From: a virus
DNA: 64,000 bases
Strand: one strand, 5' to 3'
Virus record (IMG/VR): IMGVR_UViG_3300009080_000001
Location: 1-64,000 of that record
Shown piece by piece: positions 41,583-52,401 of this stretch. Position numbers and translations under genes: made by a program. Numbering within the stretch: position 1 is the stretch's first letter; each line of letters begins with the position of its first letter. A model generated the notes under the pieces. The model made no database searches. It was not told the DNA's origin and saw nothing but the letters and a program-made list of their open reading frames with translations.

Positions 41583-43955
41583 GTGAAAGAACGTAAACTA
41601 GTAATAGTTGATAATATAAAGAAATTAGCAGAAGCTATAACACATATAAATACTTACGATATATTAGCATACGATATAGAAACTACTGGACTTATTCCTA
41701 CTAAGGAAAAGGTTATAGGGTTCTCAGTATGCGGTAAAGTAGGTGAAGCATATTATATTCCACATTTAACTTGGGATACTACCAAAAATAAACTAGTCGA
41801 AGTATTCAGCTTCAGTAAAATATCCTCCATTTTAAATTCGTTAAAAGGTAAAGAGTTACTGATGTGGAACGGTAGTTTCGACGTTAGATTCACCAGAGAT
41901 TATTTCGATATAGACCTTACAGAAGAATTATTCGCAGATATTATGTTAATGAAACATACAGTAGAAGAAGAGGGTCAATTTAGCTTAAAAGGCTGTGCAA
42001 TCCAGTACCAAGAAGAGATTGGACTAGATGTAGCAGAAGACGCTAACAAAGAGCAGATAGCCTTAAAAGAGAACGTAGCTAAGAATGGCGGTACAACTAC
42101 TAGAGCTAAGTACGAGATGTATAAGGCTGATCTAGACGTTATGGGTGTGTATGCCGCAGCCGATGCAGACCTTACATTAAGACTTGCAAACCTATTCAGA
42201 GAAAAGCTTGAAAAAGAGGAATTAGAGGACTTCTTTTATGATGAAGAAGTTATGCCTTTATATAAGTATGTAACAATGACAATGGAATCTAATCCAGTAC
42301 AATTAGATATTGATAAACTTAAATACTACAAACATAAGATAGAGCAAGATATAGTTAAATTACATGATGCTATTGTTGCAGACTTATTAACAAGCGTTAA
42401 AGTACAAGCATGGTTAGAAGAAGTAGCTAAGACTAAATATCCGCCAAAACCTACTGGAAACTACGCTCAAAGAGTGGTAGAGAAATTCGGACTAGATTTA
42501 CCAAAATCAGCATCAGGGAAGTACAGTATTTCCAGAAAGAATGTTGAGAAATTACCAGATAGTGACGCTAAAAGCTTCTTATTAAAAGAGAGTAATATAG
42601 AGCCGGAATTTAAGGTAAAAGATACAAGGTTAGCACGTAAGATGTATCCGGGCTGTGTAGAGAAAGATGGTTGGTTAGTACCTGCTCAAGATATGTCAAG
42701 TATTTCAGTTGAATTATGGGAAGAACATAATGGTGGTAAAATCAATATCTCATCTAAAAAGCAAATGGGTGAAATAGTATTTAATTACATGAAAGTTAAG
42801 CCTTTAACTAAGACCTTAAAAGGTGCGCCACAATTTAACGATGCTTTAATTCAATATTTAGCTGATAATCAGTTTTCTTGGGCTAATGACCTTAGTGACT
42901 ACAATAAGCTAATTAAGATCAAGTCAGCATATATCGATAGATTCTTGGATAATAACCAAGATGGTAATTATTACTTTTATTACAAACAACATGGAACATT
43001 ATCAGGACGATATAGTTCTGACGCACAGCAGCTACCAAGACCTAAAGAAGATGGAGAACTATCACCATTAGTACTTGAATATAACAATGCTATTAGGTCG
43101 TTCTTTGTCGCTGGTGAAGGTCGTAAGTTTATTGATGCCGATTATGAGTCGTTAGAGCCACATGTATTTGCACATGTATCAGGTGATGATGGGTTGAGAA
43201 ATATCTTCCGTAAAGGTCATGATTTTTATAGTACTATTGCTATTCAAACAGAGAAGCTTGGGGAATTTAGTGCGGATAAGAAGTCCGAAAGTTACCTTGG
43301 GAAATTAAACAAACCATTACGCCAGAAGGCTAAGGCTTATAGTCTAGGCGTTCCATATGGCATGACACCTTATGCCCTAGCTAAGACATTAGAAGTGGAT
43401 GAGAAGGAAGCTAAGAAGCTATATGATGGGTATTTAGACGGGTTTCCAGAGCTTAAGAAGTGGATGCAGAAGAGTAAGAGAGATGCACAGTACAAAGGAT
43501 TCGTTAAGACGCAAACTGGACGTATTAGGCACTTAGATAGGGTTAAAGAGCTACATGCTGAACATGGTGAGAAATTACTTAATTTTAAATACCGTAAAAA
43601 GCTTGAAAAACAAGTAGCTAAGAAACTTGGTGGATTTGAAGCATCTAAAGAAGTTAAAGGTATGTACCTTGATTATAAGAATGGTATAAATAATAGCCGC
43701 AACTTTCAGATTCAAGGATTATCGGCTAGTATTGTAAATAAATCCATGATACTGATTATGCAGGATTTTAGGGACGAGAATATAGACGGTTACGTATGTG
43801 CAACAGTACATGATCAGATTATTGTTAACGTATCTGATTTAGATCTTGACAGAGCTATAGAAATAGTGCAATATAGAATGACAACGGTTGTTGAGCTATC
43901 AGTTGATCTGAAAGCTCCGCCAGAAATTAGCGATAATTTTAGAGATGGACATTAA
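41583..43955 (+). CDS. polA: DNA polymerase family A with 3'-5' exonuclease and internal TRLARK box
   Basis: DIETTG exo I; SGRYSS; DADYESLE motif A; KAKAYSLGVPYG motif B; HDQ motif C. Confidence 0.95.
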   Translation: MKERKLVIVDNIKKLAEAITHINTYDILAYDIETTGLIPTKEKVIGFSVCGKVGEAYYIPHLTWDTTKNKLVEVFSFSKISSILNSLKGKELLMWNGSFDVRFTRDYFDIDLTEELFADIMLMKHTVEEEGQFSLKGCAIQYQEEIGLDVAEDANKEQIALKENVAKNGGTTTRAKYEMYKADLDVMGVYAAADADLTLRLANLFREKLEKEELEDFFYDEEVMPLYKYVTMTMESNPVQLDIDKLKYYKHKIEQDIVKLHDAIVADLLTSVKVQAWLEEVAKTKYPPKPTGNYAQRVVEKFGLDLPKSASGKYSISRKNVEKLPDSDAKSFLLKESNIEPEFKVKDTRLARKMYPGCVEKDGWLVPAQDMSSISVELWEEHNGGKINISSKKQMGEIVFNYMKVKPLTKTLKGAPQFNDALIQYLADNQFSWANDLSDYNKLIKIKSAYIDRFLDNNQDGNYYFYYKQHGTLSGRYSSDAQQLPRPKEDGELSPLVLEYNNAIRSFFVAGEGRKFIDADYESLEPHVFAHVSGDDGLRNIFRKGHDFYSTIAIQTEKLGEFSADKKSESYLGKLNKPLRQKAKAYSLGVPYGMTPYALAKTLEVDEKEAKKLYDGYLDGFPELKKWMQKSKRDAQYKGFVKTQTGRIRHLDRVKELHAEHGEKLLNFKYRKKLEKQVAKKLGGFEASKEVKGMYLDYKNGINNSRNFQIQGLSASIVNKSMILIMQDFRDENIDGYVCATVHDQIIVNVSDLDLDRAIEIVQYRMTTVVELSVDLKAPPEISDNFRDGH

Positions 43956-43956
43956 T

Positions 43957-44511
43957 ATGGGTAAATTTTCAAGAAAAGAACAATGGAGTCTTATAGAGAA
44001 AGGTAAAAAAGGTTGTTCTGTTTGTGGTGATATTTTAGAATTAGATTGTTTTAGAAAAACTGGAAAAGTAAATAAACAAGGAATTGTAGGTTACAGAAGC
44101 AATTGCAGGTACTGTAAACACGTAGATCAGATGAGTAGAAAAGGACACAATCCTAGGAATAAAGATGATTTTTGGCATAGACATGGACTAAGAGATGAAG
44201 GGTTCATAGATAAAGCAGGAAAAGCAAGGAACTACGAAAGAGATAGAGTTAATTTTATAAGGAGAGTTTATAATGTTGACTTTAAAGAAGCTTTAGATTT
44301 ACATAAAAGATCACTACATGATACTTGTGAGATATGTGGAAAAGGGTTTGAAGACAACGGTAAAGCTCTAGCTGTAGATCACTGTCACAGTAACGGGCAT
44401 GTTAGAGGTATATTATGTGAAGTATGTAATAAAGGATTAGGACACTTTAAAGATAACGTAGATGTTATGAAAAATGCTATCAAATATTTAGAAGAAAAAA
44501 GGGAGAAATAA
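43957..44511 (+). CDS. Endonuclease VII-like HNH nuclease
   Basis: CEICG..LAVDHCH..VRGILCEVCNKGLG. Confidence 0.85.
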   Translation: MGKFSRKEQWSLIEKGKKGCSVCGDILELDCFRKTGKVNKQGIVGYRSNCRYCKHVDQMSRKGHNPRNKDDFWHRHGLRDEGFIDKAGKARNYERDRVNFIRRVYNVDFKEALDLHKRSLHDTCEICGKGFEDNGKALAVDHCHSNGHVRGILCEVCNKGLGHFKDNVDVMKNAIKYLEEKREK

Positions 44512-45178
44512 TGAAATATGAGTCTGAATTTAGAATAAAAGAAAAAGAGTTTTACCCAAGAGAAAAGCACAGTCATAAGAAAGTGATTGATGAGTTAGCA
44601 AATATCGTTAAAAGAGCTGATTTAGAGATTGATGAACTTGAAATATCTAGAGAAGTGGCGTTTGAACTACATCAAACTAGATTTAAAGAGCTATTAGAAG
44701 CTCATTCCGAAATAAGAACTTATCAAGCAATTTCGACTATTTTAGCATTAGGAGTAATATTGTTAGGATTAATAGTACTAGTATAACAGAATAGGACATT
44801 GGTATGAGCTACATTAGAAGAATACTTAACTGGTTATTATCATTTTTTCAAACATCAGAAACACCTGAATTAGACGAGAAAATAAACCAGAAAAAGAAAG
44901 AGATTAAAGAAATTGACAAAGAACTCGAAAAAGAGTACGATAATGTTAAAGATTCTATGGAGGAATGGAAGTGATTATTTTTGTTATAGCTTGGATTATA
45001 TGCGGATTATTTGGGTCTTATTTGTATTTTAGACAATTTAGTGATAAGAACGGATATATGGAAGTTAAGGTAGATGATATAATTATAATGTTTTTATTAG
45101 CTGCGCTTGGTTTTGGAGGCTTAATAGTAGGGTTACTTAATAATAACGATAAGGTGTTATTTACAATAGGAAGGAAGG

Positions 45179-45550
45179 ATGATTAAACTAATAAAGACAT
45201 TACTGCTTCTAGCAGCTCTTGTATACGCTTCTAACGGCATTGGATGCGATTACCCTACACAAGTATCAGCTAATGATACAGTGGCTTGTGAGGGCGTTAT
45301 ATTGACGAATAAGCAGTTTGTAGATACAAGTAATAACAAGAAAGAGTTACGTTTAAAAGACCTTAAAATAGCTAAATTAGAAGGTACTGTAGAATTAATG
45401 GATATTAGACATTCAGTATATAGAAAAGAGTTAGATAAAACTAGGGATGCTTTGTCAGATTTAGAGATCAAGAGTACTATTGGTTACGTTATAAGCTTCA
45501 GTTTTGGAGCTGTATTAACTGGTTATATTGCTAAGGAAGTTTTGAAGTGA
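45179..45550 (+). CDS. Envelope protein (signal peptide, coiled coil, C-terminal TM); spanin-like candidate
   Basis: Topology only. Confidence 0.4.
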   Translation: MIKLIKTLLLLAALVYASNGIGCDYPTQVSANDTVACEGVILTNKQFVDTSNNKKELRLKDLKIAKLEGTVELMDIRHSVYRKELDKTRDALSDLEIKSTIGYVISFSFGAVLTGYIAKEVLK

Positions 45551-45849
45551 AGAAAGCGATGTGGATAAGTTATTCGTCCGATGAACATGAACCTAATTTT
45601 CCTTTTAATATTAATGATGTAATTAATGTTGAAGAGGATTTTGAAGCAGGATGGGCTAATGGTCTATGGGAGATTCTTGACGATGAAGGATTTAGTATTA
45701 GCTACGAGTATTCCGGAGAACTTCTAAACCAGTGTTACTTATATAAAGAACAATTACTTTTCGGAGTAAAATCAACACGACTAGCAAAGAAACTATATCC
45801 AAATGCTCCAGAAAAAGAGGGTATGTTATGGATCAAAGACGATGAGTAA
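45547..45849 (+). CDS. TRLARK-box protein
   Basis: VKSTRLAKKLYP. Confidence 0.75.
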   Translation: MKKAMWISYSSDEHEPNFPFNINDVINVEEDFEAGWANGLWEILDDEGFSISYEYSGELLNQCYLYKEQLLFGVKSTRLAKKLYPNAPEKEGMLWIKDDE

Positions 45850-46153
45850 ACCAGTATATTTCAAACTAGGTTCAACTGGTAAGATTTACCAAGCAGATAT
45901 CTGTAGAGATTACACAGTTGGCGTAGATTGGTCAGCTATGATCCAAGTAGTAGAATTTGACGACATATCTCAAGTACATCAAGACATATTTTCACATACA
46001 TATTTCAACAGAAATTACGCTAATGTTCGAGCAAGTTTATATCTTATATTAAAAGGTGACTTACTGTACGAATCTATCAAAGATACTAGATTAGCACGTA
46101 AGATGTATCCAGATGCTATCGAACATGAAGGTTGGTTGTTAATTGAAAGTTAG
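45842..46153 (+). CDS. TRLARK-box protein
   Basis: IKDTRLARKMYPD. Confidence 0.75.
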   Translation: MSKPVYFKLGSTGKIYQADICRDYTVGVDWSAMIQVVEFDDISQVHQDIFSHTYFNRNYANVRASLYLILKGDLLYESIKDTRLARKMYPDAIEHEGWLLIES

Positions 46154-46364
46154 TAAAAATACCCAAGAAATTGAATTTGAAGCTAAAGTATTATATCCAA
46201 CTTTTGGGATAAATACAGAGGTACAGACATTTGATGGTGTTGAAAAAACAACATTTTTAAGTGTGCCATGCATATTTAGCTTGACAGTACAAAAAAATCT
46301 ATTTATAATCAAAATTAGTTTAGTAATCGGATTAAGCATAAAGCTTAAACTATTGGAGAATTAG

Positions 46365-47345
46365 ATGAGTAAGAAACTGAAACAGATTAAACAAAGATTC
46401 GTAGATACTATGAATCAAGTAGGAGAGGTACTAGATGTATGCCCTACTGAACTTAGGAGAGACGACTATGTTAGAATCTCAGTTGATACTGATATAGAAG
46501 ATAGACTTAATAAGGAAGAATTAAACCTTATTGGTGGATTTAAAAGTGCTAAGAAGTCGTTTATTAAAGGCAAGAAAGCAGGTCCAAAGATTCTATTATT
46601 TGACTTAGAGACTACGCCTATTGAAGCATATGTTTGGGGTCTATGGGATCAAAATATTGGCTTAAGTATGGTTAAAGAAGAATCATCACTATTATCTTGG
46701 TCAGCTAAATGGCTTGGAGATGATAAAGTCATGTATGACGATGTTTCCGGTCAAAAGAACTTAAGAGACGATAAAAGGATAGTACAATCATTACTTAAAT
46801 TAGTAGATGAAGCTGATATTATCGTTGGTCATAATTCTGACTCATTTGACGTTAAAGTTATGAACGCTAGAGTTATTAAGAACGGCTTAAAGCCACCAAG
46901 TTCATATAAACGTATGGATACTAAAAAGATGGCTAAGAAACACTTCAGATTCCTTTCTAACAAGCTTCAGTACTTAACTGATTCATTATGTACGGAATTT
47001 AAGAAGTCGTCACATGGTAAGTTTCCGGGCTTCTCAATGTGGAAAGAATGTCTTAAAGGAAACAAAGAAGCATTCCAAGAGATGAAAGAATATAACATTC
47101 TAGATGTAACTTCATTAGAGGAATTATTTGTACAAATGTTGCCTTGGGAATCAGCTAGAATATTCAATACCTACAAAGATAACGATTCATGTACTTGTGG
47201 ACATAATAAGTTCAAAAAGAGTGGGTTTGCTTATACTCCTAGCGCAAAGTATCAAAAATACAAATGTAAGAAATGTGGAGCAGAATCTAGAGGTACTGAG
47301 AATCTTAATCTTAGAAAATCAACTAAGAAAAATACGGTTAGGTAA
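46365..47345 (+). CDS. DnaQ/RNase H-like exonuclease with C-terminal Zn ribbon
   Basis: FDLET, GHNSDSFD, YNILDV, CTCG..CKKC. Confidence 0.8.
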   Translation: MSKKLKQIKQRFVDTMNQVGEVLDVCPTELRRDDYVRISVDTDIEDRLNKEELNLIGGFKSAKKSFIKGKKAGPKILLFDLETTPIEAYVWGLWDQNIGLSMVKEESSLLSWSAKWLGDDKVMYDDVSGQKNLRDDKRIVQSLLKLVDEADIIVGHNSDSFDVKVMNARVIKNGLKPPSSYKRMDTKKMAKKHFRFLSNKLQYLTDSLCTEFKKSSHGKFPGFSMWKECLKGNKEAFQEMKEYNILDVTSLEELFVQMLPWESARIFNTYKDNDSCTCGHNKFKKSGFAYTPSAKYQKYKCKKCGAESRGTENLNLRKSTKKNTVR

Positions 47346-47629
47346 TGTCAGGTATAGATCACCTATACGCTAGAATTAAGAATAGGCTCGTTGAATTTGA
47401 CTTCGAGCCTACTTCAAAAAGAGCAGATGGTATATTCTATACTATAATGTGGGAATTTTCATATTCAATGAATAATATTTCTAACGATGTTATTGACAGC
47501 TATATAAAAGATGTATATAATTTTGACAGGTATAGAAATACCAGACTAGCACAAAAGATGTTTAAAAACGATATTATTAAGAAAACAGATAAATGGATAT
47601 ATGTGAGAGATTATGGTAACAAAAAATAG
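47345..47629 (+). CDS. TRLARK-box protein
   Basis: YRNTRLAQKMFK. Confidence 0.7.
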   Translation: MSGIDHLYARIKNRLVEFDFEPTSKRADGIFYTIMWEFSYSMNNISNDVIDSYIKDVYNFDRYRNTRLAQKMFKNDIIKKTDKWIYVRDYGNKK

Positions 47630-47836
47630 GAAGATGTTTAATGCTTTGAAGGATGCTGGATATTCTGACAAAGATATTGGTAGTTTTTGTGAGGCTTATT
47701 TAGAACTAGTAGCAGAGGCTATGATTGACGGTTTAGTTAGAGAAACTAAAGGTATTAATGAAACTGAGTTAGCAGAGAAGATACTTAAAGATAAGTTGAT
47801 ATATAAACGTAACGGTAAGTTATATGTGGAGAAATA

Positions 47837-48112
47837 GTGCAAGAAATATTTGAATTTAACGGTTGGATTGGAAGTATATTGCTCGCAATTTGTGCAGTAC
47901 CTTTAGCATGGAGATCGTTAAGAGATAAACATAGTAATGGAGTTGATGGATTATTTCTGATAATCTGGGGATTAGGCGAGATACTTACGTTAACATATGT
48001 ACTATATAAATGGGATTTACCGTTAATATTAAACTATGGGTTGAATCTAGTGTTTATTGGCATTGTTGTTTATTATAAGCTAAAGCCGGAGGTTGTTAAT
48101 GAAAAGAAGTGA
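47837..48112 (+). CDS. PQ-loop / SemiSWEET-like 3-TM protein
   Basis: GWIGSILLAICAVPLAWRS..K...G pattern; three TM helices. Confidence 0.6.
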   Translation: MQEIFEFNGWIGSILLAICAVPLAWRSLRDKHSNGVDGLFLIIWGLGEILTLTYVLYKWDLPLILNYGLNLVFIGIVVYYKLKPEVVNEKK

Positions 48113-48303
48113 TATGTTATTGTCTATACGGGACGATATCTATACTTACAGTAATTGTCCCGAAGAAGAAATAGATAAATTAGCCAACATTATACTTAAA
48201 AATATCGAGGATTATGGGATGAAACCTCCCGGAAGATGGTCCTCAGTACTAAGAGGGAATACTGCTAAAAGAGAGATAGCGAGATGTTCGTGGGAGGATG
48301 AAG

Positions 48304-48870
48304 ATGAGTAAAGATACTTTTAAAGAAAACTTGGAAATGTTCCACTCTAGTAATATACATATACCTTCAAGAAGTATATTATTATCTGGAGAAATTACAG
48401 TAGAAAAAAGAGATGAGTTTCTAAAGAATATATTAACACTTGATGAAAAGGGTCACGATATTATAGTATACCTATCTAGTGAAGGTGGTTACACAGATCA
48501 AGGTAAGTCGATATATGACTTGATTAAAACTAGAGATTCTAATATAAAAGGTATAGTACTAGATGAAGCTAGTTCAAGTGCAAGTTTTATACTCCAAGCT
48601 TGTGACGAAAGGATTATGTTTCCAAATAGTTACTTAATGGTACATATTGGAGAAGAGGCTACAGGTGGACATCCTAACACTAAGAAAGCTTGGGATAAGA
48701 AGTATGAAGAAGATACAAAGATAATGGAAGATATGTATTTAAAGAGGATTAAAGAAAAAAAACCAAGATATACAAGAAAACAGTTGCAAAACATGTTAAC
48801 TTTTGATACTATCTTGAATCCTAAGAAAGCAATTGAGCTTGGATTAGCAGATAAGGTATATGGTGATTAA
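48304..48870 (+). CDS. ClpP-like protease
   Basis: LSSEGG, ASSSAS (Ser), LMVH (His), AIELGLAD. Confidence 0.85.
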   Translation: MSKDTFKENLEMFHSSNIHIPSRSILLSGEITVEKRDEFLKNILTLDEKGHDIIVYLSSEGGYTDQGKSIYDLIKTRDSNIKGIVLDEASSSASFILQACDERIMFPNSYLMVHIGEEATGGHPNTKKAWDKKYEEDTKIMEDMYLKRIKEKKPRYTRKQLQNMLTFDTILNPKKAIELGLADKVYGD

Positions 48871-49111
48871 TATTAATATAGGAGACAATTTTTATGGTAA
48901 ATACGGTAGAATACTCATAACGAATATAGTACATAGAGGTTGTGAAACGATTATAACATACAAGTACGATGATGGTGATGATGTACAAGGAAGATGTTTT
49001 CTACCTAGATTCCAAAATATGTTTAAAAGACAAGTAAAAAATACAAGATTAGCAAAGAAGATGTTCCCAAATGCTGAGGAATCTGAAGATGGAGAATGGT
49101 TATATGTATAA
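48860..49111 (+). CDS. TRLARK-box protein
   Basis: INIGD...VKNTRLAKKMFP. Confidence 0.75.
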   Translation: MVININIGDNFYGKYGRILITNIVHRGCETIITYKYDDGDDVQGRCFLPRFQNMFKRQVKNTRLAKKMFPNAEESEDGEWLYV

Positions 49112-49485
49112 AGAAAATGAGAAACTAAGATTACTTGGAAATATCGGAAAAGAAGGCGATAAAGGATTCGTTCCAAAAGGAACAGAAGTTACTTTCGTAA
49201 AGGCTATTGACCAAGGATTAGCATCATTTGTAGTAGTACAACTAGATGATAGGATATTCACAATCAAAGAGATAGCAGTAGAGCCTCTTGAGACGAACAC
49301 ATTAGCTGTTTTAAAGGACTTTAACCGTGAACTTATAGCTGAGAACCCTGAATTAGCTAAGTACCACCACAACGTATTTATGAGACTATTTCACCGTATT
49401 AAGGATTTCTTTAAAAACTTATTGACAAGGAAACCTAAAGAGATTAAGATAGAGGAAGATCTTAGTGGTCTTAAAGATTTAATCA

Positions 49486-49824
49486 ATGATGGAGGAGAAA
49501 TTGAGTAAGTTAATATTAGGAGGAAGGTATGTCTTTAATGTAAAAAAGCGTTGCACTTTAGTTGGTTTTGATGATGATGGTGATATTTTAGTACTTTTCG
49601 ATGACGTTAACTATAATACTCCTTTTGGTACTACAACATATAGCGAGTCTGTAGGTAGCTGGGATAATCTTATTGAATTTAAAGGAGATGCGGTTGGGTA
49701 TTCAGAATGTCCATTAATGTTAGAACCGTTAGAAATTAAAGTAAATGACACAAGATTAGCACGTAAATTATATCCAAATGCTAGATTACAAGCAGACGGT
49801 ATGTTATTAATAGAGGTGAAATAA
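49486..49824 (+). CDS. TRLARK-box protein
   Basis: VNDTRLARKLYP. Confidence 0.75.
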   Translation: MMEEKLSKLILGGRYVFNVKKRCTLVGFDDDGDILVLFDDVNYNTPFGTTTYSESVGSWDNLIEFKGDAVGYSECPLMLEPLEIKVNDTRLARKLYPNARLQADGMLLIEVK

Positions 49825-50037
49825 TGGATATTTTATTGTATTTATTTTTAGGAGTAGTATTATTTGCTGTTGGTAGTGTAATTATTATGTTTAGGTCAAT
49901 AAACAAAGTTGTTTATTTCTTTAAATGTAATCCAAATGGTTTACCAAGTAAATTACCAGAAGAAGTGCAAGAGTTTAAAGATCATGTCGGAGAAGAACAG
50001 TTCCAAGAATTATACGATAAATTTCAAAAGGAAAACA

Positions 50038-50718
50038 ATGAGTAAATATAAATGTAAATACGGACTATATCACGATAAACCAGTAGTACAGAATCAGCCT
50101 AGTAGTAATAATGGTTGGATTTATACTGCATATTCTAAGTATTTAGCTCCCGGAAATATAGACTCAACTAGAGTTAGATTAACATTTCAAAGCTGTAGAA
50201 AGAGTTATACTCCTTTAATTATAAATAGACTACCTAATAAGCCAAAACCTCCGCTTTCTAAAGATGAGGTTATTGGACAAGTATCTCTAGGTTTACTACA
50301 TAATGAGGAACTTGAAAGAAGTCACTATAATTTCTGTAATATTGATAAGAGTTTTGACAGGAAGTTATCATTTAAAAGTCTGATAAAAGCTATCAAAGTA
50401 CTATATAAAGCTAAAGATGAACATAGAAATTACATCTGGGAAAATGAGGTTGTGGAAGCTTATCCATTAGCATTCAGATTACCACCTGAAGACATTTATT
50501 ACGTTAAAGAGTATAGTGGTGTGAGAGCCTCTATTTTCGAGTCTGTAGCGTTCTATTTAAACGCAGCCATGACTATACATAATGGAGATAAAAGCTCCAG
50601 AATGCTGTTATTCCTTAAATTAGAGGATATGAATCATTGGTTGAAGAGGTTTGTTGATAAAGATAAATGGGTTAGAGATTATTTCGAAGAGAATCACGAT
50701 TTTGTGAAGAATCTGTGA
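50038..50718 (+). CDS. Hypothetical protein
   Basis: Start revised by RBS. Confidence 0.6.
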   Translation: MSKYKCKYGLYHDKPVVQNQPSSNNGWIYTAYSKYLAPGNIDSTRVRLTFQSCRKSYTPLIINRLPNKPKPPLSKDEVIGQVSLGLLHNEELERSHYNFCNIDKSFDRKLSFKSLIKAIKVLYKAKDEHRNYIWENEVVEAYPLAFRLPPEDIYYVKEYSGVRASIFESVAFYLNAAMTIHNGDKSSRMLLFLKLEDMNHWLKRFVDKDKWVRDYFEENHDFVKNL

Positions 50719-51053
50719 AAGGTTATATAAAGATAAAAGTACCAATGTATCGACAGAAAGGACTAGTTCCTGATATGTGGACATGTACTTATTATGAGAA
50801 ATTCCCGTACATTTATATGTCAGAAGACTTAACTCACTATTTAAGTAAATGGTTAGAAATTAAAGGTGTTAGATGTTCAGTAGGTGGTATGGTACATAGA
50901 GGATTTAGAACTCACTATATTATAGATAGAGATAAGATGATAACTAGAGTACGTGATACTAGATTAGCTAGGAAGGTATTAAAAGAGGACGAGATACTTA
51001 AAATTAAAGATGGTTGGATATATATGTTTAATGAGGAGGTTAGACTTGGCTAA
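50715..51053 (+). CDS. TRLARK-box protein
   Basis: VRDTRLARKVLK..DGWIY. Confidence 0.75.
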   Translation: MKGYIKIKVPMYRQKGLVPDMWTCTYYEKFPYIYMSEDLTHYLSKWLEIKGVRCSVGGMVHRGFRTHYIIDRDKMITRVRDTRLARKVLKEDEILKIKDGWIYMFNEEVRLG

Positions 51054-51438
51054 GAAACTAGATAAAGGTAAACCTAGAATGGATTTAATTAATCCAAGGT
51101 TTTTAGAGGAATTAGGAGAAGGATTAGGTTTCGGAGCTAGTAAGTACTCTGATTATAATTACAGAGAAGGTGAAGGTCTGGATAGATCGAGACTGTATGC
51201 ATCGGCAATGAGACATCTCTTAAAATATGCTAAAGGTGAAAAAATAGATGAAGAAAGTGACATTTCGCACTTGACCGCAGTAGCAATTAATTGTATGATG
51301 ATTTATACCCTTGAAGAAGAAAACAAGGGGACTGAGTATGACGCTTGGGTTATGGAGGAAACTGATGACACAAAAGAAAATCCCTCAAAAGAAGGATCTC
51401 AAAGACGAAAGGTTAAACAAGTTACAAAGAAGAGTTAA
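51046..51438 (+). CDS. dATP/dGTP diphosphohydrolase-like (DUF5664)
   Basis: KLDKGKPRMDL, GASKYSDYNY, AMRHL, DEESDISHL. Confidence 0.8.
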   Translation: MAKKLDKGKPRMDLINPRFLEELGEGLGFGASKYSDYNYREGEGLDRSRLYASAMRHLLKYAKGEKIDEESDISHLTAVAINCMMIYTLEEENKGTEYDAWVMEETDDTKENPSKEGSQRRKVKQVTKKS

Positions 51439-51966
51439 AAGATTAGAGAAAGAAAATTCATTATTAAGAAGTGAAATTAAGACATTAGAAGCGTATAGAT
51501 TAAAAACAAATACTTATATTGACGAAGAACTAGATGGTGTACCAGTAGAAGATGTTATTAAAAGTGTTGAGAAAAAGCTTACGTTGAAGAAAGTTAAGGA
51601 AAAAGATAAACATAAATGTAATGCTTGCGGAAATATGAGCTTAAAGATTATGCCTATATTAAACGGAGAGTTAAACTTATGTGGAGATTGTGGATTTAGA
51701 AAGGTGATTAAAGATGAACAATAAATTAATGAGTTACGAAGAAGCTAAGGAACAGTTGAAGGAAGTCGAGACAAAACAAAGGTATATGAAAGGTGAAAGA
51801 AAAGACGATGAAAAAGGCGATTTTACTATTAGAATGGCTCAAATACATGTGAGCATGTATAAGAAGGAGATTAATAAATTACTAACTATCATACATATAC
51901 ATAAACAGAGTCGAAAGTTATGGTCTGAGAAAGAATATTGGAAAGCTAAATACATAGGAGTACCTT

Positions 51967-52401
51967 GTGAGTAAAAAAATATACAATAAATTAGTTAGAA
52001 GTGAAATACCGACTATTATCAGAGAAAGCGGTAAAGAGTGTATGTACGGTAAATTAAATTTAGAAAATAATAAAGATGAGATTATAAAATTACTAAAAGA
52101 GAAGTTAGTTGAAGAAGCTAGAGAAGTAATAGAAACATTACATAAAGGCGATTTACTAGAGGAATTAGGTGATTTAGAAAATGTAATATATAGTCTAAAA
52201 AAAGTGTTACGTGTAGAAAATGATGAGGTAAGAACCTTATCTAATGCTAAAACTATAAAAAAAGGTAATCTTGGTTCAATAATGTTAGATTCAAAAGGTC
52301 AATATATTCCTTTAAAAAATGCTAAAAGTAGACATGATGTTAATTACGAATTTATTAAACTAATATCGGTAGAGGACAATGGACAAGAAACTAAGGACTA
52401 G
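51967..52401 (+). CDS. MazG-like / PRA-PH nucleotide pyrophosphohydrolase
   Basis: YNKLVR..IP.II; KLVEEA.E; EELGDL. Confidence 0.8.
   Translation: MSKKIYNKLVRSEIPTIIRESGKECMYGKLNLENNKDEIIKLLKEKLVEEAREVIETLHKGDLLEELGDLENVIYSLKKVLRVENDEVRTLSNAKTIKKGNLGSIMLDSKGQYIPLKNAKSRHDVNYEFIKLISVEDNGQETKD

Noticed and set aside
42370-42740. Intein or intron in the polymerase
   Set aside because: No intein terminal motifs (C/S start, HN end) and the frame is uninterrupted.
51046-51438. Z-base (2-aminoadenine) genome
   Set aside because: No PurZ or DatZ recognisable in the window; DUF5664 alone is insufficient.
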